Below are positions 13,527 to 25,350 of a stretch of 64,000 nucleotides of DNA, in pieces (positions within the stretch are counted from its first letter, which is position 1; each line of letters begins with the position of its first letter). The translations under genes were made by a program, and so were the position numbers. The stretch is from Octopus bimaculoides (lineage: Eukaryota): assembly GCF_001194135.2 (NCBI RefSeq), contig NC_068982.1, positions 20,804,802 through 20,868,801 on the forward strand, given 5' to 3'. The notes under the pieces were generated by a model that did not search any database, was not told the origin of the DNA, and was given only the letters and a program-made list of their open reading frames with translations.

Positions 13527-14411
13527 AATCATTAGCATCCTGAAGAACTAAGAGAAAAAATAAGATAACCCATTTGCAGTTAATTCGTCTACTTTTATAC
13601 GAAGGTGCATACTGTGTATAAGTAACTCACACACACATCGTATACATGCATGTATATGCGCACATAAAATTGCATAGGTACATAACGATGAACCACAAAC
13701 TAATTTTCTGATCAATAAGATTTCAGATGCGTTGTAATCAGTAAATTGCATCCTAGATTTAAATACTTTTTAAGCCGTTAATTGATATCCAACTGGAGTG
13801 CTTACAGTGTGTTATTTTCTATTCCCTGACATCTTATTGTGTTACGGCCGATGCAGATGGTATGTTAGTATATGAATTTCGCATAAAAGATAGAAGGACC
13901 ATTAAGTCATATGTTTCGTTCGAAGCGGAAATTTTTGTCATCAAATATGAAACATATTTAAATACACAATCTGGTCTTAGAATCGGCAGTACGCCGGATG
14001 AATTGCTGAGTGGCATTTTTTCTATCTTCATGTTCTGAATTGAAATATGTCGAGTTTAATTTTACCTTTCTTCATTTCAGATTTGTAATGAGATAAATAT
14101 TTACGCAATTCTGAAGTATTGTTGGCACGAATTTGCCTACAAACGGCATAATTGCATCTGTGATTTTCATATATTAATTTCTGCTACACATGTATGCGTA
14201 GGTGGGAAGAATTATATCTCCCTTAATTTTTTTCTGTCTTACGGTCCCAAAATATTCAGTAAATGCATATACATTACAGCGCGTGCACGTTTGTGTTTGC
14301 AGTTGTTTTGTCTGAGTTGCAAGGCGTGGAATTACTAAAGGTTTCGGGACAACTTTCTTGTTTCTCTCCATGCAAGTTTCGTATTGTCACACACACACAC
14401 ACACAAACACA

Positions 14412-14455
<44 letters not shown>

Positions 14456-14488
14456 CACACACACACACTGGAATATATCATTTTCTTA

Positions 14489-14742
14489 TTTTACTTGTTT
14501 CAGTCGTCTGACTGCCGTCATGCTAGAGCATCACTTTGAAGGATTTTGGTCAAACAAATCGACACGAGGACTCATTTTTCAAACCCAGTAATCGATTTAC
14601 CGGTTTTATTTACCGAACAGCTAAGTTATGGTTTTGGTCGGCCCTAGTTCATAGTAGAAGAGGCTCGCCTTAGGTGCCACGTAGTGGGACTGAACTCCAA
14701 ACTGTGAAGTGGAGAAGCAAGTATCTTACCACGCAGCCAACT
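14489..14742 (-). mobile_element. tRNA-derived SINE, family A (internally deleted copy with head)
   Basis: Minus-strand head tggctgcgtggtaag...gagttcagtccc (A/B-box-like), then ggcacctaaggcgag. The 3' part (...gactgaaacaagtaaaa) is shared with copies at 25.2, 28.6 and 48.6 kb. Confidence 0.75.
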
Positions 14743-14745
14743 ATG

Positions 14746-14805
14746 TGCGCATGCGTCTATATATGTATGCGTATACATATGTAAATATGTATGTGCATGT
14801 ATATG

Positions 14806-14869
<64 letters not shown>

Positions 14870-14934
14870 CATACATATACATGCACATACATATTTACAT
14901 ATGTATACGCATACATATATAGACACATGCGTAC
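14746..14934. repeat. Near-perfect palindrome: ~65-bp arms around a (TA)n centre
   Basis: gtctatatatgtatgcgtatacatatgtaaatatgtatgtgcatgtatatgtatg occurs on both strands. The ORF track shows the same peptide [19 protein letters not shown]-like on + and -. Confidence 0.95.
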
Positions 14935-15711
14935 AAAGGAAAGCAATCGCAAGCACACAAACACACTTACATAGATATATATGTAAAGACAGGAAAAAAA
15001 ATGGAGCGAATACTCATCTACGAGCAGAATATACCATCGATGTGATGGCTTATTGGAAATATATGATCTATTGCCGCTCATCTTTGATGACGTCGAAGGA
15101 TTAAATACTGAAAAGAAAACAAAAGAAAAAAGATCATATGCATAATGATTACTATATTTTGCCAGATCCCTAATCGATTCTATTGGCACCATTTTCTGTT
15201 GTTTCCAAACAAAATATAACGAAGGCAACGACTTCACAGGTTTATTTCCGATACATGCTCTTTGTTAAATATTCTCAAGTTCTCAAGGGAAGACGCTTAT
15301 CGTTATGAAGTTAGCGAGCCGTATTGTGCAGTATTATATCGAAGCACAAAAGAACGTTACTTGATATTCAATATCACACGCCCGAATATCATTCATTGAT
15401 GATATTTTGCTACAGTATCTGAAAAACAAAAGAAATCGATAGAATTTTATATTTTCCGAAAAAATAACGTCGATCCCCAAAATGCATGAATGAGTGAATG
15501 AATAAATAAAACTAGATAACAAATAATGTAATTGAAATCTATCATCTCCATGGCAGTAATACATTACTGATTTTGCAGAGTGTTCTTCATACATCATAAT
15601 TCTTGTAACATTCCTTGTAACATTCTATCGTGGCCAATACTCTTTCTCTTTGTGGTGTGAAGTATATTTCTACACAGAACAAAAAAGTGTATATAAAATG
15701 GTATATCCGAA

Positions 15712-15767
<56 letters not shown>
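15712..15767. repeat. (TAC)n microsatellite
   Basis: Directly visible. Confidence 0.95.
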
Positions 15768-15784
15768 CAGTCATATCTGAAATG

Positions 15785-16008
15785 CAGTAATACCTCGTCT
15801 ATCGCGGGTATTGCATTCCAAAATCACACGCGGTAGGTGAAAATCCGTGAAGTAGAAACAGTACTGTAATGTATAGGTTTCTTTAATTATTTTTATAATT
15901 TGTATATATTTATTTTATTATAAAAGCAAAACAACGCCACGGAGGAATCGACGTAAGCTTTTATAATAAACCGCGATAAGCGAACCGCGATATAGCGAGG
16001 TATTACTG
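15785..16008. mobile_element. Tc1/mariner superfamily (pogo/Tigger-like) MITE, 224 bp
   Basis: TIRs CAGTAATACCTCGtcTATCGCGG ... CCGCGATAtagCGAGGTATTACTG, with TA on the right flank and TG (likely a mutated TA) on the left. Confidence 0.85.
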
Positions 16009-17645
16009 TATATCTTTTAGAAAGACGGTGTGAGTCCTAGCGTCTAAATCTACCACATACGCATGAAATAAATCCACTTGATTATCGATAAATGTTCAAT
16101 CAATGATATTATAGTGATGAAAACTAGAAACAAAATGTACATTTCTTTGTAACGAATAGTTATCGTTAAGGTTCATATTTGAAGCCAATTCAAATTTACT
16201 ATAGAAAAATGTGCCTGTCCTATACAGATACACATGCATCATCTGCCTGGGAGGACATATAAACAATAGCGAAAGTATGCTGTACCGAAATAGTTTCCTA
16301 CATTCTATGAGCAAAAAAAAGGACAGCTCTGAATTTCAATTTATAAATCGATTTATAGCGTTCAAGTAACATATTTCTTTGCATACGTTGTGCATGATGG
16401 CACATTCATCTATATTAGTTATTGTCATAATCTGATTCCTAGGTGAGCAAAGTTAAAGAAAGTACAAAATCTAGTCAAGATTGTCTTGACTTTGAATATA
16501 CGCGTCATTTATTTTCTGTAGATATGGTGCACTTCGAAAAGAATTTGCATTGGAAGCACTAGAGAATGTTTTCCATTTGGTCTTTTTTGTGTCACCGATA
16601 AATATGAAGAATTTGCAAACTTGAAATAGTATATATTTATCAAACCCTACTAACCATCTCAATCTGATATTTTTTTAATTTAATTATTGATTTTCAGGTG
16701 TAGTATAGAAGAGAAATAATTGGTATCACTGTCACTATGAATTTACAAGCTTCGGATATGTGTTTCAGTTTCATTCGCATCTTAAACATAGGACAGTGTG
16801 AAATGTAATAAAATGAATTTAGGTCATATTGAAAATGCGATTAATCTTTCAGAAAAGGAAATGTGAAACTGATATTTAAGTTTATGTCTGGTGCAAGATG
16901 ATATGCTTCGATGTATATTACTCCTTAGAGACGCCCTAGCTTATGCACATAGAGATAATTTTATTTACAGGTATACTCTAATATCAATTGATCACAGTTG
17001 ATATGTGATAGTTTGCTGGAAAGCAATCTACACGAGAAAAAAATTATGAACTTGGAAACATTTTCAATGGTCGATTCAACTGATCACCGGTTCAGTACGA
17101 ATATATTTACAAATTACAACACCTACAACGTAAAGTTTAACCTACCTGAAAGACTTGAGGCCTCGCTCTCTATACCTATGAAGGTATATATGTGTACTAC
17201 CTATCTGTCCATACATCTTTGATTACAATCTGCATTTCACACTTTCTACATTTACACAAGCACGCGTGTGCACTCACTTACTCTCTATATATGAATATAT
17301 GAATATACAAATATGTACGTGATATGCATGACTATGCACACACGTTCAGACATATACATCCATATTATATCTATATTCACCTATCGACATCTACCTCTTT
17401 TTATATGTTTGCATATATATATATATAATATAAAATGCCAGGATTTATAAAAGGGGTCCTAACGTATATTATTTATAAGATTTGAAGGCTTATAGCAGAG
17501 AACTAGCTCGTTGGACTCCTGTAAGAAGCTTACCGAACTTTCAATTGCACAGGACCTAATGAAACTGTTTTTTCAAATAATCTCTTACTCACTCAACTCC
17601 CTCTCTCCCTTCCTCCATCCCTCACCCTCTCCCTCACTCTCTGTC

Positions 17646-18638
17646 NNNNNNNNNNNNNNNNNNNNNNNNNNNNNNNNNNNNNNNNNNNNNNNNNNNNNNN
17701 NNNNNNNNNNNNNNNNNNNNNNNNNNNNNNNNNNNNNNNNNNNNNNNNNNNNNNNNNNNNNNNNNNNNNNNNNNNNNNNNNNNNNNNNNNNNNNNNNNNN
17801 NNNNNNNNNNNNNNNNNNNNNNNNNNNNNNNNNNNNNNNNNNNNNNNNNNNNNNNNNNNNNNNNNNNNNNNNNNNNNNNNNNNNNNNNNNNNNNNNNNNN
17901 NNNNNNNNNNNNNNNNNNNNNNNNNNNNNNNNNNNNNNNNNNNNNNNNNNNNNNNNNNNNNNNNNNNNNNNNNNNNNNNNNNNNNNNNNNNNNNNNNNNN
18001 NNNNNNNNNNNNNNNNNNNNNNNNNNNNNNNNNNNNNNNNNNNNNNNNNNNNNNNNNNNNNNNNNNNNNNNNNNNNNNNNNNNNNNNNNNNNNNNNNNNN
18101 NNNNNNNNNNNNNNNNNNNNNNNNNNNNNNNNNNNNNNNNNNNNNNNNNNNNNNNNNNNNNNNNNNNNNNNNNNNNNNNNNNNNNNNNNNNNNNNNNNNN
18201 NNNNNNNNNNNNNNNNNNNNNNNNNNNNNNNNNNNNNNNNNNNNNNNNNNNNNNNNNNNNNNNNNNNNNNNNNNNNNNNNNNNNNNNNNNNNNNNNNNNN
18301 NNNNNNNNNNNNNNNNNNNNNNNNNNNNNNNNNNNNNNNNNNNNNNNNNNNNNNNNNNNNNNNNNNNNNNNNNNNNNNNNNNNNNNNNNNNNNNNNNNNN
18401 NNNNNNNNNNNNNNNNNNNNNNNNNNNNNNNNNNNNNNNNNNNNNNNNNNNNNNNNNNNNNNNNNNNNNNNNNNNNNNNNNNNNNNNNNNNNNNNNNNNN
18501 NNNNNNNNNNNNNNNNNNNNNNNNNNNNNNNNNNNNNNNNNNNNNNNNNNNNNNNNNNNNNNNNNNNNNNNNNNNNNNNNNNNNNNNNNNNNNNNNNNNN
18601 NNNNNNNNNNNNNNNNNNNNNNNNNNNNNNNNNNNNNN
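17646..18638. other. Assembly gap
   Basis: Run of N. Confidence 1.
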
Positions 18639-19369
18639 CATTTATCTTTCAATGGCAATGATATCCTCAGTGGGGTTTCGTATATATTATCGCCGGATAC
18701 ATTTTCAATAAATTATGAATAAATCATATGAGATTTTATGCTTAACTTCCCACACTCTCATTTAAGTTTATTTGTACACAAAAGAAGAGAACATTTTTTT
18801 TCACCACAGGATTCCATTTTCCACAAATATCAGAAACTATTAATTTCACAATTGTCAGTGTGTCATCCAATATTTCAGTTAATATATTTTGCGATGTCTT
18901 TGTATTTATAAATATGATTGTGAATCTTCGGATAATAAAATTTTATACAATCAGTAGCAAAACACAGCGTACAAATAAAATAACATATAGAAGTATAGAA
19001 TAAATACACTCTCCCATCATTCATACAGGCAAACATATACACCTACAGAAACAAATACACTACTGTACACACATAAACGCATTTTGTTTGTGTGACTATT
19101 TTAATGTTTATATGTATACGTGTCTATGAAACGTGTACAGTATTTTGGGAGTAGAAATTCCTACGCAGTATACGAACTGCAACTGTGTTTTTATCTGCAT
19201 TGCATTTGTGAAGATTAATTTGCGAACTTTCGTAGTTTACGTTCTTGCACTGTGTATAGTCTGCGAGTCGTATGAACTTCTTTCTTACACTCAAAAGAGA
19301 CTCCTTTTACATTGATCAGAGGCGTGTTCTTGTTTTTAAAATTTTACCATTATTGTTTAGTCTAAAGTA

Positions 19370-19625
19370 TATTGTTCTGCAGTCTTTCTTCATTCGGGAA
19401 GAGCAGGCGCGTTTCCTCTACGCAGTAGCTACCGCGAAGATGTTACTGTGGAAGTTCAGAGTGAAAGGGATCGTGACGGGCACTTTCATTTCTAGCCTTG
19501 GGTTGGTGAACCTTTTCCTTTTCCATATGTAAAGGAAAATAAGGATGGAGAGAAGATGCCTGTCGCCCGGAATATTTCAGAATTGATGGACGACTGTAGC
19601 AAGAGTTTTGAGAGTAGATGAACCT
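19370..19625 (+). mobile_element. C-terminal fragment of L1/Tx1-like LINE ORF2
   Basis: EEQARFLYAVATAKMLLWKFRVKGIVTGTFISSLGLVNLFLFHM*RKIRMERRCLSPGIFQN*WTTVARVL resembles the A-K-x-x-I/L-W-x-x-R...F-x-x-x-W tail of L1/Tx1 ORF2. Recognised from memory; no search was run. Confidence 0.55.
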
Positions 19626-19735
19626 GTTTGAGCGAGGAATTAAAGAGTTTACGAAAGGATTCAGTGTTGGAATGTGGTTTTAGGGTTGGCTACGTTCCTC
19701 ACTTCGTTAATATTTCTTCATTCATTTTTAATTGT

Positions 19736-19837
19736 NNNNNNNNNNNNNNNNNNNNNNNNNNNNNNNNNNNNNNNNNNNNNNNNNNNNNNNNNNNNNNNNN
19801 NNNNNNNNNNNNNNNNNNNNNNNNNNNNNNNNNNNNN
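19736..19837. other. Assembly gap flanked by an identical 53-bp duplicate (19683-19735 / 19838-19890)
   Basis: gggttggctacgttcctcacttcgttaatatttcttcattcatttttaattgt lies on both sides of the N run; probably a contig-overlap artefact. Confidence 0.9.
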
Positions 19838-20039
19838 GGGTTGGCTACGTTCCTCACTTCGTTAATATTTCTTCATTCATTTTTAATTGTTATTCGAATT
19901 TTATACACAATTATCATCGATTATACGTTCCATTAGTCTCGCGAACCTTTGTCTGTCCTTGAATCGTCCACTCTATATTTCGACCTTTATGGTTAATAGA
20001 GAAATTACTGTATTTACTAGTTCATGTATTGTATTCTGT

Positions 20040-21490
20040 ATTAGTAATCCACGACTGCAGGCAGGGTTTCGCATTCTTCTTCCTCACCTACCGGGTCAAT
20101 GAGTGTACCAAACATTTCTTTTAATTGTCTGTATTTCTCAGCAGGCAATCTTACACTGGTTACCGACTTAATCCTGGTAATCATGTGCTCGACTGCCTTT
20201 GACGTATGTAATAATGTGAGACTTGTGCTTTCGGGGTCTGTTCGTTTTGTCTGTCTGCATTTAGGTGTGTATCACTACACGGGAAGGGTGTTGGGGCTAA
20301 CCGGTGTGGTAGTACTACTCTTTGTTGTTTCCACTTGTGATGTATGCTGTGTGAGTATGTCTAGTCTGTTAAATGTGTGTGTGTAGTCTTCAGTCTAAGT
20401 GTTTTTCTTTTACTTTTTAGTAGATTTTGGGGGTGACCCTGCTGTCACATCTCTCTTTTTGGAACCTTAATGAATCACCCTTCATCTGTGTCATCTCTAT
20501 TTTCTTCCATGATTGGGGTTGTAGTCTCGGTACTTCTGTTTGTTTCATGCTGGTTGTCACTTGTTTCATTATTTAGCTCGGGGCACCTTGCTTTCATGGG
20601 CCCCTTGACACCGCAGTGGTGGGAGGTGGGTGGACGACCCTCCACTACCACTCTTAATTACTTATCTTCTGGCAGCAGCACTTCTTCCGTTATCACATTT
20701 AATTCTTCTTGGCTGGCTTGGATCACTAATTCCAGTCCATAACCCCACAATTCAAATTCTTAGTTCTTGTGACTTGCAATATTTTCATTTCTTCCGTTTC
20801 ATAAGTTATGGCTGCTATTAACAACGCTTCCTCTATCTCTGGCGGTACCCTGCCAACCCTAATCTTCGCGACTCTTTTTCTGCAGTAGGCTGGCAGGAGT
20901 ACCCATTCGTGTGATCTCAGAGGTATAGTGGAATGATTGAATGCCTCTTCTTCCGTGCTAAACCTTACTTCCACTGTGCCGTACTTTCTTCCTCTGGTAT
21001 AGTAGGTGGCTAAACTTTTAAAATTTTCTAGGTGTTTTTCAATAGCCTTCTCTGTCGCTTTTCCAGTTCTCTTGCTGAATGAGGACAGCGTTCTGTAGCA
21101 CACGGTTCCTCTCCTGGTACTATTGGTCACTTCCTCTGGAGGGATCAGTCGTAGGCTTTCCACCCTCTTTCTGGAGCAGCTCCCGGTGTCTTCCAATCTT
21201 CTTGAGGTCTATTGCTACCTCTTGCATTTCCAATGTGTTTGTAGCTTTTGTCGCGCGACTACTCGCCGCCGACGCATAATCACCGACGTGTTCTCGCGAA
21301 CATCCCATTTCAAAATTCTTTACCTCCAACTGGGGATAAGAACGTTAATTAAAGATCAAGCCCGTAGGCGAAACCGCAACAACAATTCACCTCTGAGCTT
21401 TACACTACTCTGCAAATACCCTCACGCTGGCAGTTCACTCAGCTCTTATTTATTGTAATGGGTTAGTCCATCTCCAGTCACGTAGGAGCG
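20040..21490 (-). mobile_element. LINE 5' portion: 5'UTR plus nearly full-length, lightly decayed ORF1 (RRM-like domain and degenerate CCHC knuckle)
   Basis: ORFs 21120-21329 and 20726-21196 (YGTVEVRFSTEEEA...KIRVGRVPPEI). They continue after a frameshift as WGYGLELVIQ...LRVVVEGRPPTSHHCGVKGPMKARCP (C-x2-C-x4-H-x4-C decayed) and then a T/S/E-rich tail. Confidence 0.8.
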
Positions 21491-22068
21491 TTCAGGATTC
21501 TCCCATAACAACTTTATTGTGTGTGTGTGTGTATGTGTGTGTGTGTGTGCGCGCGCGAATGTATGTATACAATGAAAGTTGGTGATGATGTATCAAATGG
21601 TGTACTGAAAAATTTTTATATTCGAGATATATTTCTGAGAATGTTAATCTTAATAGTATAGGCTCTATTCTGCAGAACATAAATGATATAAATGGGGTGA
21701 ATTTTAATGAAATTTAAGTTATCATGCTTGCAGCAAACACCACTTAACAATTGCTATGTTTTATTTCTCAAATATGCTCTGTAATTAATGATAGATTTTA
21801 TTATAATATAAATTGTTTTCTGCTTTTTCTCGTAATATATTTGTCCCTCATTATTTGAGGTAAAGCAGAAGAATCAATGTATTTATAGTATTTAAATTGA
21901 AAATATATAACGAATCAATTTATTTTCTAAGTAGTTGTGTTGGTATTTGCATTCAGTTTAGCAGTTAAGTGTAAAGCACATGCAATCAGCAAAATCAGTC
22001 TTCGCTCCTTTATTTTTGTTACTAATATCAAGCAATCAAATTTCTAGGTTCGCGCTTCTTAAAGATCG

Positions 22069-22800
22069 GCGTTTGGATCTTGTTCAAAACGGGGGCACCA
22101 GTTTTCATTTATGTTTTATGTAGTGTTTTTGGTACCGAACGACATTCAAACTTCGTATACTTATCTATTTTGTGTTATAGAACAGAAAAAAAATGTTGTA
22201 TTCGAATTTATTTCATGTAAGATATTGTCTTATTTCGATAATTTCTACTAATCACTGACGTCTATTCAGTTGAAAACAGTTAGCGNNNNNNNNNNNNNNN
22301 NNNNNNNNNNNNNNNNNNNNNNNNNNNNNNNNNNNNNNNNNNNNNNNNNNNNNNNNNNNNNNNNNNNNNNNNNNNNNNNNNNNNNNNNNNNNNNNNNNNN
22401 NNNNNNNNNNNNNNNNNNNNNNNNNNNNNNNNNNNNNNNNNCCCTAACTCTAGAATCCGAACTCTAAAATTTTTACACACATAGATACGCACAGCGTAAT
22501 TTATTATATAAACAATATATGCGTATAAATTACGATTAAACCGGATGAAATATGTCACAGGGAATAACATTTTTATGACCGGCAGGCAGTAACTCTATTC
22601 AGCTGAATGGACGTCAGTGATTGGTTGAAATTACAGCAATACGACAACTTTAACATGGGATAACTTGCGATGTACGTTTTTTTGTTAAGAAGACTAAGAG
22701 AAAAATATGTTTTATATGACACATTCTACCAGTGTCCCAAGTTTCAAAGTGTTTCGTTAAGAAAATACTGGTGCCCCCGGTTTGAACAAGATCCCGGCGT
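22069..22800. mobile_element. MITE/foldback element with ~210-bp imperfect terminal inverted repeats; contains gap 22286-22441
   Basis: ggatcttgttcaaaacgggggcaccag...aatcactgacgtctattcagttgaa matches the reverse complement of 22589-22800 (ttcagctgaatggacgtcagtgatt...ctggtgcccccggtttgaacaagatcc). Confidence 0.85.
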
Positions 22801-23754
22801 TTTGCTTAAAATGGCATTGTATACCGAAACAATCAAGTAATGTGAAAGTAGCGACAATCGCTGTATTCACTCATCACATCACATTCCCTTTGATTCATCA
22901 GTGGACTCAGTTGCACAAAGGCCATATGTATCATAACCAACAAGTGATACTTCCATATATTACTTTATACGAAACATATTTGAATAACATTATCATAAAT
23001 ATCGAAATACAAAGCAATAGGTAATGATATATGAGATTCTACTAGATCACATGATAAGAAATCGACGGGAATGAAGTTGAGGAATACATACGTATCCCAC
23101 GAACTAATTCTATGCGAGGTGATATTCCAATGGTTTAGGCCAGCAGATTTATATACCCAGAAGGTGTTAAGGTCTATTGAAAACTTTACCAAAGGTTCTT
23201 CAAAGAAACCAAGCTAACTATTTCATAGAACAACATATTCCACGCAAAGTTTCAAAATTTATCCTCATAGTTTTAGAAACACAAATACATATCTTTTGGT
23301 AAGCACATGGACAAGCTTACATATTTAATGCAAAAATTAGTTGATGTATATATACGTAGGTGTGTCTGCGGGTGTACTTCAGAGCGTTTATATATACATA
23401 TGAGATTGTATATGAAGAGATATTTTCTGTGGTGTATATTCAATAATATTTATACATCGCAATTTAGGATTGCCCACATACACAAACTTCAAAGAGTTAA
23501 CAGATATATATTGTGCTGATTTAACTCTGAGAAAAAAATAAATGAATAAACACAAATGTCTTGAATTTCTCTTTGAAGATGGCTACATTCTATAATTTCT
23601 CAGGCTTCGCGTTTTGTAAATTACATTTTGGATAATGTTGATGTGATAAGAAACGTAAAAGAAAATAATTGTTCTGAAGTGAGCGAAACTAAGAAGAATC
23701 AATCCATAAGTACGTTTACAGATTATCGAGATCTAAGTAATTAGTACGTCGCTG

Positions 23755-23792
<38 letters not shown>

Positions 23793-23949
23793 TGATTCGT
23801 TTGATAAAAAACATAGAAAGTATGTGTGCGTGCGCGCGTCTGTGTGTTTATAGCTATGTGTTCTTATGTGGATTTATAATACAAGCAGTTTTATGTTGAA
23901 ATGAAGAATTACTCAATACATATTCACGTGTACATATTTTTTTTGACAG

Positions 23950-24480
23950 TTACTTCGGAGTTCCGACCTGTCTAGCCGTAATGTGACTGTATTTTTCGTT
24001 GGCAAGGTTAACTTTTCTTGGGGAATTTAATCTTTCATGGATAATATATCAGTTGTAGGTTCTGATGAGAAGATATTATGGAAGACTTATACTGAACAGT
24101 TTCAGATTTATATTCTTGTTCAGAATTCAGCGATGCGTGTACAAATTTTGAATTATGTGATGTGTGTCTAGATGTCACAGTAGCAGATTTTTGGATTAAT
24201 TTTTAGGTGGAGAGGGTGTTCAAAATGTCTCGAGGCAGGTAAAAAAATTATTTGGTCGGCAGAATCCTCACAAGGAGGTTAACTAATTTTAGGTATGGTT
24301 GTTATATTTCGACACTAATGGGAGATGTAACCCGCCTGATTTGGGAGAGTTGACGCTAATGTTCAAAGTTCAGACCTGCATACACTTCTTATAATGAGGT
24401 GTGCTTATTCTGGGTTTTTTTAAGCCATGCAACTTTAAAGGTTCACAACGGAATGTATAGTTGATCTCGAGATTTCTTAT
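23950..24480 (-). pseudogene. Heavily decayed Penelope-like reverse transcriptase fragment
   Basis: Broken frames give LHGLKNPE*AHLIIRSV (cf. LYGLPKIHK..PLRPIV), YLPRDILNTL, KICYCDI and YSHITARQVGTPK (cf. YxQxxGTAMGTK), in the expected order. Confidence 0.4.
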
Positions 24481-24776
24481 GTTTTTTGGCATTATATAAG
24501 TGATTTAACCTACTTCCTTTGGGGAATTGTAGACTATTGTTCAGAGGTGAGTAAGACGCTTTCATTGCGTACCTTATGCCAGCTTTAGTTCAAGGATTTT
24601 GTTTCCAACAGAAAAGTCTGTTAACTTGCGTTTTAATGTTCACAAATTATACAGGGAGGGGCAGAATTGATCACCATGGTATATGATTACAATTTATAAA
24701 ATTTGAAATTTAAAACTGAACCCAGGACTATTTTTTTTTTTAAGCATGCTACTTATTCTTCCGGTCTTCCGCTGTA

Positions 24777-24960
24777 CCACTAGATTACGGGGATATAAAC
24801 ATACAAGCATTTGTGGTGGGGTCAAATATAGAGGCAAACTCGCATACACGCACCCCCCCCCCACATATATATATATATATATATATGCGTATAGGTCTTT
24901 GCGTCTATGTTAGTCCCTCACCACAAATGCTTGTGTGTTTATGTCCCCGTAATCTAGTGG
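24777..24960. repeat. Palindrome of a SINE-A segment (~75-bp arms) around a C-run/(TA)n centre
   Basis: ccactagattacggggatataaacatacaagcatttgtggtgggg matches the reverse complement of 24886-24960. The arm resembles the SINE-A body at 48710-48790. Confidence 0.9.
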
Positions 24961-25150
24961 TTTCACAGCTCATTGCCCTTACATGTTTCCCACTGCCTAT
25001 GCCTTTATTGACTGTAGGTGATAATGATATCATTGCCAGGGGTTTCCAAACCGGCGTTTCTTTCTTAGTTAAAGGCTACAATATGGACTAAGTTTAATGT
25101 CGATCTTTTCGCGAGTCATTTTCCCGAATATAGACCTCTCGTTGTTTGTC

Positions 25151-25350
25151 TTTCACTTGTTTCAGTCATTGGAATGCGGTCAAACTTGGGCAATGCCTTC
25201 ACTGGTTTGGTTGAACAAATCGACAACAGTACATTTTAAAGCCGCCTAATATCCTATCCTACTTATTTTACCAAAGAGCTAAGTAAGAGGGATGCTAACA
25301 CAACTTCTCAAGAGCCGGTGGGTTACAAATCCAAACATAAACACGAACAC
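25151..25350 (-). mobile_element. SINE family A, 3' fragment
   Basis: cttgtttcagtcattggaatgcggtc...gaacaaatcgac is similar to 14489-14600 and 48600-48790. Confidence 0.65.

Noticed and set aside
16359-16620. Candidate two-exon frame with a 79-nt intron (…HNLIPR/YGALRKEFALEALENVF…)
   Set aside because: No recognisable protein, and the frame terminates quickly.
19683-19890. 53-bp direct repeat as LTR/TSD
   Set aside because: An identical copy on each side of a gap; likely a contig-overlap artefact.
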